Positions 56,100 to 64,000 of a stretch of 64,000 nt of DNA are shown here, in pieces (the first letter of the stretch is position 1; every line of letters starts with the position of its first letter). A program made the translations under genes and the position numbers. The DNA is taken from contig JBGCEL010000010.1 of NCBI GenBank assembly GCA_045106455.1, forward strand, positions 116,878 to 180,877, in the 5' to 3' direction. The stretch comes from Gammaproteobacteria bacterium. Lineage in GTDB: Bacteria > Pseudomonadota > Gammaproteobacteria > Steroidobacterales > JBCCMA01. The notes under the pieces are model-generated. The model was given only the letters and a program-made list of their open reading frames with translations, was not told the DNA's origin and ran no database searches.

Positions 56100-57197
56100 A
56101 TGAAGCGCCGGGATTTTGTGACCGCAGCTGGCGCCGGTCTGGTCGGTGCGGCACTGACCGCCTGTAGCGATTCGACCGCAGACGCCCCCGCCACGGCCGT
56201 CGCGCCCGCCAAAAAACGCCAGTGGAAAATGGTCACAACATGGCCCAACAATTTCCCCGGCCTTGGCACCGGCGCCACTTTTCTCGCTGACACCATTACC
56301 GCTATGACGGGCGGTCGCATTACCGTCAGCGTGTACGGTGCCGGCGAGCTGGTGCCGGCGTTTGAGGTGTTCGACGCGGTCGCCAACGGCACCGCCCAAA
56401 TTGGCCACGCCGGCTCGTACTACTGGAAAGGCAAAGCACCGGCCGCGCAGCTTTTCGGCGCCGTACCTTTTGGGATGAACGCGACGGAAATGGCGGGCTG
56501 GTTGTATTACGGCGGCGGTATGGATTTGTGGCGCGACGTCTATGACCGCTTTGGGCTCATCCCCGCTCTGGCCGGTCACACGGGCGTGCAAATGGGCGGC
56601 TGGTACAACCGCGAAATTAATCGCATCGAGGATCTGCGCGGTTTAAAAATGCGCATCCCCGGCCTCGGCGGCGAGGTGTTTCGCCGCGCCGGTGGCGTGC
56701 CGGTCAATCGCCCCGGCGGAGAAATTTACAACGCACTGCAAACTGGTGACATCGATGCCACAGAGTGGGTTGGCCCGAGCAACGATCTGGCCTGGGGTTT
56801 ACACAAGGCCGCCAAGTACTACTACTACCCGGGCTGGCACGAACCCAACGCCGCGCTCGAAGCCATGTTTAACAAAGAAGCGTTTGCCGAACTCCCGGAC
56901 GATTTGCAGTCGTGTGTGATGACGGCCTGCGCGGCGGCCGCGGCGCACATGCACGCCGAATACACCGCCGCCAATCCGCGCGCGTTTAAAGCGCTGGTCG
57001 AAGAGCACAAGGTCGACGTGCGTCCGTTCCCAACGGAAGTGCTGGCCGAACTCAAAGCGCTGACCAAGGACGTACTGGATGACATTGCCACCGACGATGC
57101 GGAGTTTGCCACCGTGCTCAAATCCTATCGCGCGTTTCAATCCAATGTACGCGCCTGGCACGACGTGTCGGAGCGCGCGTACTACGAGCAGCGTTAG
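56100..57197 (+). CDS. TRAP transporter substrate-binding protein (DctP family) with a twin-arginine signal peptide
   Basis: ATG 56100 gives MKRRDFVTAAGAGLVGAALTAC (RRxF Tat motif). The DctP-type body is ...WKMVTTWPNNFPGLGTGA.... Confidence 0.88.
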   Translation: MKRRDFVTAAGAGLVGAALTACSDSTADAPATAVAPAKKRQWKMVTTWPNNFPGLGTGATFLADTITAMTGGRITVSVYGAGELVPAFEVFDAVANGTAQIGHAGSYYWKGKAPAAQLFGAVPFGMNATEMAGWLYYGGGMDLWRDVYDRFGLIPALAGHTGVQMGGWYNREINRIEDLRGLKMRIPGLGGEVFRRAGGVPVNRPGGEIYNALQTGDIDATEWVGPSNDLAWGLHKAAKYYYYPGWHEPNAALEAMFNKEAFAELPDDLQSCVMTACAAAAAHMHAEYTAANPRAFKALVEEHKVDVRPFPTEVLAELKALTKDVLDDIATDDAEFATVLKSYRAFQSNVRAWHDVSERAYYEQR

Positions 57198-58666
57198 TGA
57201 GCGATGCCGATTCGGCGGTCGAACTCGACCGCTTCGAGCGCCTGACAGCCAGCGCGATGAGCGCGCTGCGCAAGCATATTGAAGACACCAGTCGCGGCAC
57301 GGCGCCGGCCACCGGCTACGCGCCGCTGCGCGAAGTGCACGATGCGCTCGAGGTAGAGCGCTGGCTTCCCGCTGGCGGCATGGACGAGGCCACGTTTGCC
57401 GCGTTTATGACGCGCTATCTTAAGTACTCCGTGAAACTCCATCACCCGGCGTACATCGCGCATCAGGTCGGCATTCCCGACTACCCCGGCGCACTGGCCG
57501 CGATGATCAATGGCGTCGTCAACAATCCCATGGCCATCTATGAGATGGGCCCATCGGCGGCGATGCTTGAGTTTGTGGTGCTCAACTGGATGCTCGAAAA
57601 GGTAGGCTGGACGCCGCAACCGTTTCCCGACGCCGCCGATGGCACACCGCACAGCGCCGGCGTGCTCACGCACGGTGGCTCTCTGGCCAATCTGACCGCG
57701 CTTTTAGCAGCCCGTGCGCGCGTGGCCCCAGACGCCTGGGAGCGGGGAACGCCGCACGATCTGGCGGTGCTGGCACCGCGCAACAGCCACTACTCCGTGG
57801 CGCGGGCCGTTTCTATTCTTGGACTGGGCTCCGATGCGGTGTATCCCATCGACGTCACCCGCTTTGGCGTGGTGCGCCCGGAAGCGTTGGCACCTACGCT
57901 GGACAAGGTTATCGCGGACGGCCGCCGACCGATGGCAATCATCGGCAACGCCTGCTCAACGGCGACCGGCCTGCATGACCCGCTCGTCGCTATGGGCGAA
58001 TTTTGCGCCAGGCACGACGTCTGGTTTCATGTTGATGCTTGTCACGGGGCGACAGCGTTGTTGGCCAAGGACGCGAGACGCTACCTGGAGGGCATCGAAC
58101 TCGGTGACTCAATCGTCTGGGATGCTCACAAAATGATGCAGGTGCCGGCACTGTGCGCGGCGCTGTTGCTCAAAGACGGCGCCGATTTTGACCGCGCGTT
58201 TCATCAGGAAGCCAGCTATCTGGCCTACGGCCATGATCGTGACGGCTACGACTCGCTGCCACGTGCGGTGGAATGCACCAAAGCAAGCCTCAGCTTCAAG
58301 ATCTTTTTAACGCTGGCGTTTCGCGGCGAACAGGCGCTTGGCGACTATGTGGACGATCGCTACGCTATGGCTCACACCGCGCGCGACATCATTGTGCAGC
58401 GGCCAGGGTTTACCTGTCCCTACACACCCGAGAGCAACATTCTGTGTTTCCGCTACGGCGACGACGATGCGTTACAGGTGCAAATTCGCGATGCACTGGT
58501 GCGCGAGCGAAGCTTCCATCTCACTTCCGCCGAAGTGGACGGTAAGAATTATTTGCGTATCACCATCATGAATAAACACACCGACACCAGCACCATCGAA
58601 GCGATGCTTGATGCAGTAGAACGCAAAGCCGGCGAGCTTACGACAGCTGATCCGGCAGCCAGGTAG
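57197..58666 (+). CDS. Pyridoxal-phosphate-dependent group II amino-acid decarboxylase
   Basis: 489 aa. The GTG start overlaps the binding-protein stop by 1 nt. ...HHPAYIAHQV... is present, and the PLP-lysine context is SIVWDAHKMMQVP. Confidence 0.85.
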   Translation: MSDADSAVELDRFERLTASAMSALRKHIEDTSRGTAPATGYAPLREVHDALEVERWLPAGGMDEATFAAFMTRYLKYSVKLHHPAYIAHQVGIPDYPGALAAMINGVVNNPMAIYEMGPSAAMLEFVVLNWMLEKVGWTPQPFPDAADGTPHSAGVLTHGGSLANLTALLAARARVAPDAWERGTPHDLAVLAPRNSHYSVARAVSILGLGSDAVYPIDVTRFGVVRPEALAPTLDKVIADGRRPMAIIGNACSTATGLHDPLVAMGEFCARHDVWFHVDACHGATALLAKDARRYLEGIELGDSIVWDAHKMMQVPALCAALLLKDGADFDRAFHQEASYLAYGHDRDGYDSLPRAVECTKASLSFKIFLTLAFRGEQALGDYVDDRYAMAHTARDIIVQRPGFTCPYTPESNILCFRYGDDDALQVQIRDALVRERSFHLTSAEVDGKNYLRITIMNKHTDTSTIEAMLDAVERKAGELTTADPAAR

Positions 58667-60014
58667 CGAGCTCCGGCCACAGCGCTAAAATAAACAGCAT
58701 CAGAATCTGGAGCCCGACAAACGGCATCACGCCGCGGTAAATCGCCGCCGTCGGCACGCTGTCGGGCGCCACGCCACGCAAATAAAACAGCGCGAAACCA
58801 AACGGTGGTGTCAGGAACGACGTCTGCAGATTAATGGCGATCATCACACCGAGCCACACCGGGTCGAGCCCCAGTGCGAGCAACACCGGTCCGACAATCG
58901 GCACCACCACAAACGTGATCTCAATAAAATCGAGCACGAAGCCGAGCAGGAAGATCATGACCATGACCACCACCAACGCACCGGTGGCCCCGCCGGGCAG
59001 ATCGCTCAGTAGTTCACGCACCACCTCGTCGCCGCCAAATCCGCGGAACACCAGCGAGAAGATGGAGGCGCCAATCAGAATCAGGAACACCATGGAGCTC
59101 ACCCGCGTGGTCGTGCGCGCCACCTCGCGCAGCGTCGCCAATGGCAGCTTGCCGCGCAGCAGCGCCAGCAACATCGCCCCAACCGCACCCACCGATGCGG
59201 CCTCAGTGGGCGAAGCAATACCTGCCACTATCGAGCCGAGCACCGAGATGATCAGCGCCAATGGCGGAATCAAAACTCGCACCACACGCAGCAATAATTC
59301 GGAGGTGCTCAATCCCGACGCTTTGATCGGTGGCATCGACTGCGGACGCACTACCGACACCACCAGCAGATAAACGATGTACAGCACCACCAGTAAAAAA
59401 CCCGGGATCGCAGCGCCCATAAAAAGATCGCCCACCGACACGGTGTCGACGGAGAAAATGCCCTGACGACGCTGCGCTTCCTGATAGGCCGATGACAGCA
59501 CATCACCGAGCAACACCAGCGCAATCGACGGCGGGATAATTTGCCCCAACGTGCCGGCCGCACAAATTGAACCGCTCGCAAGGGCCGGATCGTAGCCGCG
59601 CTTGATCATGGTCGGGAGGGACAACAGCCCCATGGTGACCACCGTCGCACCCACAATCCCCGTGCTCGCCGCCAGCAACATGCCGACAATCATCACCGCC
59701 ACGGCCATCCCGCCGCGCAATCGACCCAGCACGAGGCCCAGCGTGTCGAGCAAATCCTCGGCAATACGCGCCCGCTCAAGCACCACGCCCATGAACACGA
59801 AAATCGGCACGGCCACCAACAGCTCGTTGGTCATCGTCCCACCAAACAGCCGGCTGGGGATGGCACCAAACAGCGACGCGTCGAACGTACCGGTCAGCAC
59901 GCCCACGCCGGCCATCAGCAACGCGACACCCGAGAGCGTAAATGCCACCGGATACCCGGCCATCAAAAATACGATGACCAGCGCAAACAGCAGCAGCGGC
60001 AAAAACGACGTCAC
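58638..60014 (-). CDS. TRAP transporter large permease (DctM)
   Basis: 458 aa, polytopic, DctM-like throughout. Its 3' end overlaps the decarboxylase 3' end by 29 nt (convergent). Confidence 0.92.
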   Translation of the reverse strand: MTSFLPLLLFALVIVFLMAGYPVAFTLSGVALLMAGVGVLTGTFDASLFGAIPSRLFGGTMTNELLVAVPIFVFMGVVLERARIAEDLLDTLGLVLGRLRGGMAVAVMIVGMLLAASTGIVGATVVTMGLLSLPTMIKRGYDPALASGSICAAGTLGQIIPPSIALVLLGDVLSSAYQEAQRRQGIFSVDTVSVGDLFMGAAIPGFLLVVLYIVYLLVVSVVRPQSMPPIKASGLSTSELLLRVVRVLIPPLALIISVLGSIVAGIASPTEAASVGAVGAMLLALLRGKLPLATLREVARTTTRVSSMVFLILIGASIFSLVFRGFGGDEVVRELLSDLPGGATGALVVVMVMIFLLGFVLDFIEITFVVVPIVGPVLLALGLDPVWLGVMIAINLQTSFLTPPFGFALFYLRGVAPDSVPTAAIYRGVMPFVGLQILMLFILALWPELATWLPDQLS

Positions 60015-60538
60015 AAGCGCGGCTCGTTGTGCTTCAGGACACGACCACGGCGCAGCAGCCAGGCCAGCGCCTGGATGGCGAGCAACAGCACCGCGATGAG
60101 AATCGCCGTTTTGAGCAACGGCACATAGGGATAGGGCAGCCCACCGGTCTGGCGCGACGCCTCGCGCTCAAGCCAGGCGCGCAGAACATAATCGAACGTG
60201 GTCCAGCCGATGACCGCAAGCGTAGGCAGCAAAAAGAACAGCGTACCGAGCATGTCCAAACGCCGCCGCGCGCCCTCTGACAGCCGTCGATAAAAAACAT
60301 CGACACGCACGTGCTCATCGCGCGACAAGGTATAGGCGGCCCCAAGCAAAAACACCAGCGCGTGCAGATACACGCTGACTTCCTGCAGCCAAATAAAACC
60401 TAACGAAAAGAAGTAGCGCAGAACGACGACCAGAAACGTGACCAACACCATCGCCACCGTGAGCCAGGCCACACAGTGGCCGCTCCAAACCACCAAGCGT
60501 TCAAGCGTGTCCGCGAGAGTGCGATCGTTGGACGCCAA
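60011..60538 (-). CDS. TRAP transporter small permease (DctQ)
   Basis: 175 aa, 4 TM segments. Its stop overlaps the dctM start (4 nt). Confidence 0.8.
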   Translation of the reverse strand: MASNDRTLADTLERLVVWSGHCVAWLTVAMVLVTFLVVVLRYFFSLGFIWLQEVSVYLHALVFLLGAAYTLSRDEHVRVDVFYRRLSEGARRRLDMLGTLFFLLPTLAVIGWTTFDYVLRAWLEREASRQTGGLPYPYVPLLKTAILIAVLLLAIQALAWLLRRGRVLKHNEPRL

Positions 60539-60541
60539 CTC

Positions 60542-61252
60542 CTACAACCCGCGCATGATTTCCAGTTCGCGCGAGGTGGCTTCCAGTCCGTGCTCGCTCT
60601 CGAAACGTTGAATCACGGCCAGCACCTCATCCTCGCTGTCCACCACATTGAGCAGATCCAACGCTTCAGGCTTGATGGTTTTGCGCCGAACCAATTCGTC
60701 CTTAAACCACGTCAAAAGACCCTGCCAAAACGACGACCCCACCAAAATGATCGGCACGCGCCGCACTTTGCCGGTTTGTACCAACGTGAGTATTTCCATG
60801 AGTTCGTCCAGCGTACCAAAACCGCCGGGTAGCACCACGTGCGCGCACGCGTACTTGACGAACATCACTTTGCGCGAGAAAAAATGCCGGTAGTGCAAAC
60901 TGAGATCTTGATACGCATTGGGTGTCTGCTCACGCGGCAGCACAATGTTGAGCCCAACGCTGTGCGATTTGCCGGCCTGAGCGCCTTTGTTGCCCGCCTC
61001 CATGATGCCCGGCCCGCCGCCGGTCACCACCGTAAAGCCCGCATCGGACAAACCGCGACAAATCGCTTCGGTGAGCTGATAGTCGGGATCATCGGGCGCC
61101 GTGCGCGCCGAGCCAAACACGCTCACTGACGGTGTCACCGCCGACAGCTGCTCATAGCCTTCAACAAATTCGGAGATGATCTGAAAAATACTCCACGACT
61201 CGTGATTGAGCGCGTGTGGACGTGGCGCCTTGGGCGTCGGTTTTCTGGTCAT
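60542..61252 (-). CDS. LOG-family (TIGR00730) nucleotide 5'-monophosphate nucleosidase-like protein
   Basis: ATG 61252 gives 236 aa with VVTGGGPGIMEAGNKGA and LPGGFGTLDELMEIL. The track ORF extension to 61354 overlaps trkH. Confidence 0.85.
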   Translation of the reverse strand: MTRKPTPKAPRPHALNHESWSIFQIISEFVEGYEQLSAVTPSVSVFGSARTAPDDPDYQLTEAICRGLSDAGFTVVTGGGPGIMEAGNKGAQAGKSHSVGLNIVLPREQTPNAYQDLSLHYRHFFSRKVMFVKYACAHVVLPGGFGTLDELMEILTLVQTGKVRRVPIILVGSSFWQGLLTWFKDELVRRKTIKPEALDLLNVVDSEDEVLAVIQRFESEHGLEATSRELEIMRGL

Positions 61253-61266
61253 GGGATTCCTGTGGT

Positions 61267-62718
61267 TCAGCGACGCCAAAAGGCGCTCGAAAAGAGCACC
61301 AGCAGCGTAAAAATTTCGAGTCGACCGAGCAACATGGCACCCATGGAGACCCACTTGGCCGCGGGCGGCACCGAAGCAAAATTGGATGCTACGTCGCCGA
61401 GGCCTGGACCCAGATTATTCAAACTGGCGGCCACTGCCGAGAACGCCGTCACGATATCCAGACCGGTGAAGGTGAGGATCAGAATCATGATCGAAAACAG
61501 CACGGTATAAACCGAGAAAAATCCCCACACGGCCTCGATTACGCGATTGGGCACCGCTTTGCGACCGAGCTTCACCGGAATCTCGGCACTGGGATGCACC
61601 AGACGGCTGATCTCACGCACGCCTTGTTTGTAAATGAGCAGCCAGCGAATCACTTTCATGCCGCCGCCGGTGGAGCCCGCACAGCCGCCAACAAAACTCG
61701 CCAGAATCAACATCACGGGCAGATGACCGGGCCACAAAGAATAGTTGGCCGTTGTAAACCCTGTGGTCGTGCCAATCGAGACCGCCTGAAAAATACTCTT
61801 GGTAAATCCCTCAAGCAGCGACGTGTATTCCTGCGTTCGAAACAGCTCCACAAAAACAATGATGGTTACCAAACCCAGTACCAGCGTGTAAGCGCGAAAC
61901 TCTGGATCACGGAAATAGTCTTTCACACGCGCGTCGCGCCACGCCAAAAAATGCAGCGAAAAATTAATCCCGGACAAAAACATGAACACGACCGTGATCA
62001 TCTCAATCGTCACGTTATTGAAGTAACCGATGCTCGCGTCATGGGTGGAGAAGCCGCCAATCGCCACGGTGCTGAACGCGTGGCCGATGGCATCAAACAC
62101 ATTCATGCCCGCCGCCCAAAACGCCACGCCGCAAAACACGGTCAGACCCAGATAGATGTACCACAGCGCCTTGGCCGTTTCGGTCACGCGCGGTGTCATT
62201 TTGGAGTCTTTCATCGGGCCCGGTGTTTCGGCGCGATAAAGCTGCATGCCGCCCACGCCCAGCATCGGCAAAATCGCTACGGCCAACACGATGATTCCCA
62301 TGCCACCGAGCCACTGCAGCTGCTGGCGATAAAACAACACCGCATGGGGCAACTGGTCGAGACCCACAAGGACCGTGGCGCCCGTGGTGGTTAAGCCTGA
62401 AATGGATTCGAACACCGCGTCGGTAAAACCGATTTGCGGCTCCGAGGAAAGATAAAACGGCAGGGCCCCAAACATGCCCAGCACCACCCAGAAACCGGCG
62501 ACCACTAAAAAGCCGTCACGCAAGCGCAGATCCAGCGCCGCACGACGTACCGGCACCCACAGCAAAAATCCTGCAACCAGGGTGAGCGCGAAGCCGCTGA
62601 GAAAGGCCAAAGCGCCGCCGTCGCGATAGATCAGTGAGACGAGCACGGGCGGTAGCATGGTGACGCTGAAAATCATCAGCAACAGACCGACAATGCGCTG
62701 GACAACGGACAGATTCAT
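61267..62718 (-). CDS. trkH: Potassium uptake protein TrkH
   Basis: 483 aa, polytopic, with repeated ..TTGF../..GGxSxG.. pore-loop-like segments. Confidence 0.93.
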   Translation of the reverse strand: MNLSVVQRIVGLLLMIFSVTMLPPVLVSLIYRDGGALAFLSGFALTLVAGFLLWVPVRRAALDLRLRDGFLVVAGFWVVLGMFGALPFYLSSEPQIGFTDAVFESISGLTTTGATVLVGLDQLPHAVLFYRQQLQWLGGMGIIVLAVAILPMLGVGGMQLYRAETPGPMKDSKMTPRVTETAKALWYIYLGLTVFCGVAFWAAGMNVFDAIGHAFSTVAIGGFSTHDASIGYFNNVTIEMITVVFMFLSGINFSLHFLAWRDARVKDYFRDPEFRAYTLVLGLVTIIVFVELFRTQEYTSLLEGFTKSIFQAVSIGTTTGFTTANYSLWPGHLPVMLILASFVGGCAGSTGGGMKVIRWLLIYKQGVREISRLVHPSAEIPVKLGRKAVPNRVIEAVWGFFSVYTVLFSIMILILTFTGLDIVTAFSAVAASLNNLGPGLGDVASNFASVPPAAKWVSMGAMLLGRLEIFTLLVLFSSAFWRR

Positions 62719-62735
62719 TATGTGTCGTTAGTCGA

Positions 62736-64000
62736 TCAGGCGAACGTAACGCCGACCTGAAACAGGCGCTCGACTTCGTGAATTTGCGCTCGATCCGTCA
62801 AAAACAAAATGACGTGATCATCGGCCTCCACCACCGTGTCGTGATGCGCGATGATGGCTTTCTCGCCGCGAACGATGGCACTAATGGTGGTACCCGGCGG
62901 CAGACGAATGTCTTCAATCGCTCGACCCACCACTTTCGAACTACTCACATCGCCGTGCGCGATGGCCTCGAGCGCCTCCGCTGCACCGCGTCGCAGCGTG
63001 TGCACCTTGGCCACGTCGCCGCGCCGCACGTGGGCGAGCAGCGAGCCCAGCGTAATTTGCTGCGGCGACAGCGCGATGTCGATTTCCCCGGCCTCCACCA
63101 GTTCGGCGTACGACGGACGATTAATCAACGCCATCACCTTGCGTGCACCGAGTCGCTTGGCCAGCATTGCCGAGAGAATATTGGCCTCCTCGGCATTGGT
63201 CACGGCGCAGAATACGTCCATGCGATCGATGTTCTCCTCGAGCAGCAACTCCTCGTCCGCCGCATCACCGTGCAGCACCACCGTCTTTTCCAATTGCTCG
63301 GAAATAAACCGGGCGCGCGTGCGGTTGCGCTCAATCAGCTTGACCTGGTTGGTGCGCTCAAGCGCTTTGGCCAATTGGAAGCCGATGTTGCCACCGCCGG
63401 CGATCGTAATGCGTCGTACCGGATTTTCGAGCTTGCGCATCTCGCTCATGACCACGCGGATGTCCTTGCGCGCGGCGATGAAAAAGACCTCATCGCCCTC
63501 CTCGATCACGGTATCGCCCTCGGGCATCACAGGCGCGCCGTCGCGATAGATCGCGGCCACCCGGGTTTCGATATCGGGTATGTGCTGCGGCAAATTACTC
63601 AACGCCTGGCCCACCAGCAAACCGCCTTTGTGCGCGCGCAGACCCACCAGACGAATTCGGCCGTCGGCAAACTCAAGCACCTGCAGCGCACCGGGAAATT
63701 TAATCAAACGTTCGATGTACGCGCACACCAATTTTTCCGGTGAGACGATGACATCCACCGGCAGTGCGTCTTGCGTAAAGAGCTTCTCTGCTTCGAGATA
63801 TTCCACCGAACGGATACGCGCGATCTTGGTTGGCGTGTGATAAAGCGTGTAGGCGATCTGACAGGCGATCATGTTGGTTTCATCGCTGTCGGTCAGCGCG
63901 ATGATGATATCGGCATCGTCAGCACCCGCCGACGCGAGCACGTCGGGATGCGACGCATGCCCGACAATCGTACGGATATCCAGACGGTCCTGCAGCTCGC
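62736..64000 (-). CDS. trkA: Potassium uptake NAD-binding protein TrkA (N-terminus beyond the right edge)
   Basis: Colinear with E. coli TrkA from ...ELQDRLDIRTIVGHASHPDVLASAGADDADIII... to the C-terminus ...ERLFQVGVTFA. The frame stays open upstream of the track start (GTG 63941) to nt 64000. Confidence 0.92.
   Translation of the reverse strand, partial: ELQDRLDIRTIVGHASHPDVLASAGADDADIIIALTDSDETNMIACQIAYTLYHTPTKIARIRSVEYLEAEKLFTQDALPVDVIVSPEKLVCAYIERLIKFPGALQVLEFADGRIRLVGLRAHKGGLLVGQALSNLPQHIPDIETRVAAIYRDGAPVMPEGDTVIEEGDEVFFIAARKDIRVVMSEMRKLENPVRRITIAGGGNIGFQLAKALERTNQVKLIERNRTRARFISEQLEKTVVLHGDAADEELLLEENIDRMDVFCAVTNAEEANILSAMLAKRLGARKVMALINRPSYAELVEAGEIDIALSPQQITLGSLLAHVRRGDVAKVHTLRRGAAEALEAIAHGDVSSSKVVGRAIEDIRLPPGTTISAIVRGEKAIIAHHDTVVEADDHVILFLTDRAQIHEVERLFQVGVTFA

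Overview
High-GC (about 60% by eye), very compact chromosomal segment that looks like a gammaproteobacterium, possibly a marine oligotroph; the exact taxon cannot be set without a database search. It is almost entirely housekeeping. I saw no rRNA, tRNA, CRISPR array, transposase or catalytic integrase. Reading left to right: a translationally coupled patatin / VWA / MoxR / penicillin-acylase-family block sits behind a tkt-gap-pgk-pyk operon. Then come metK-ahcY, a rubredoxin gene missing from the ORF track, hemL, ubiX-mpl and rnd. Next is an adenylate kinase fused to a histone-H1-like poly-Lys tail of about 255 residues. A PPi-type phosphofructokinase and a membrane pyrophosphatase flank a PEP-CTERM protein, followed by a PAS-GGDEF-EAL protein and a pcm-like/rhodanese/tolC group. 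An LPS inner-core cluster follows (waaA, hldE, lpxL, kdkA, GT9, GT2, TagB/F-like, hldD), then glnE. After glnE comes a membrane protein with an integrase-Arm-like N-terminus and a DUF2914 C-terminus. A tight six-gene operon on the reverse strand follows, built around a class-II photolyase fused to an FAD oxidoreductase; it also carries DUF2256-DUF3253, GNAT, cupin and a TrhO-GST fusion. The right end holds an EamA transporter with an ACE-like M2 peptidase, tatABC, dtd, a TRAP transporter with a Tat-exported binding protein and a PLP decarboxylase, a LOG-family gene, and trkH-trkA. I found no clear-cut novel multi-gene system. The most unusual items are the three gene fusions (Adk-polyLys, photolyase-oxidoreductase, TrhO-GST), the Arm-domain/DUF2914 membrane protein, the acylase-MoxR-VWA-patatin module, and an orphan terminated leader or sRNA upstream of the TRAP binding-protein gene. 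All family calls come from motif and sequence recognition by eye; no searches were run.
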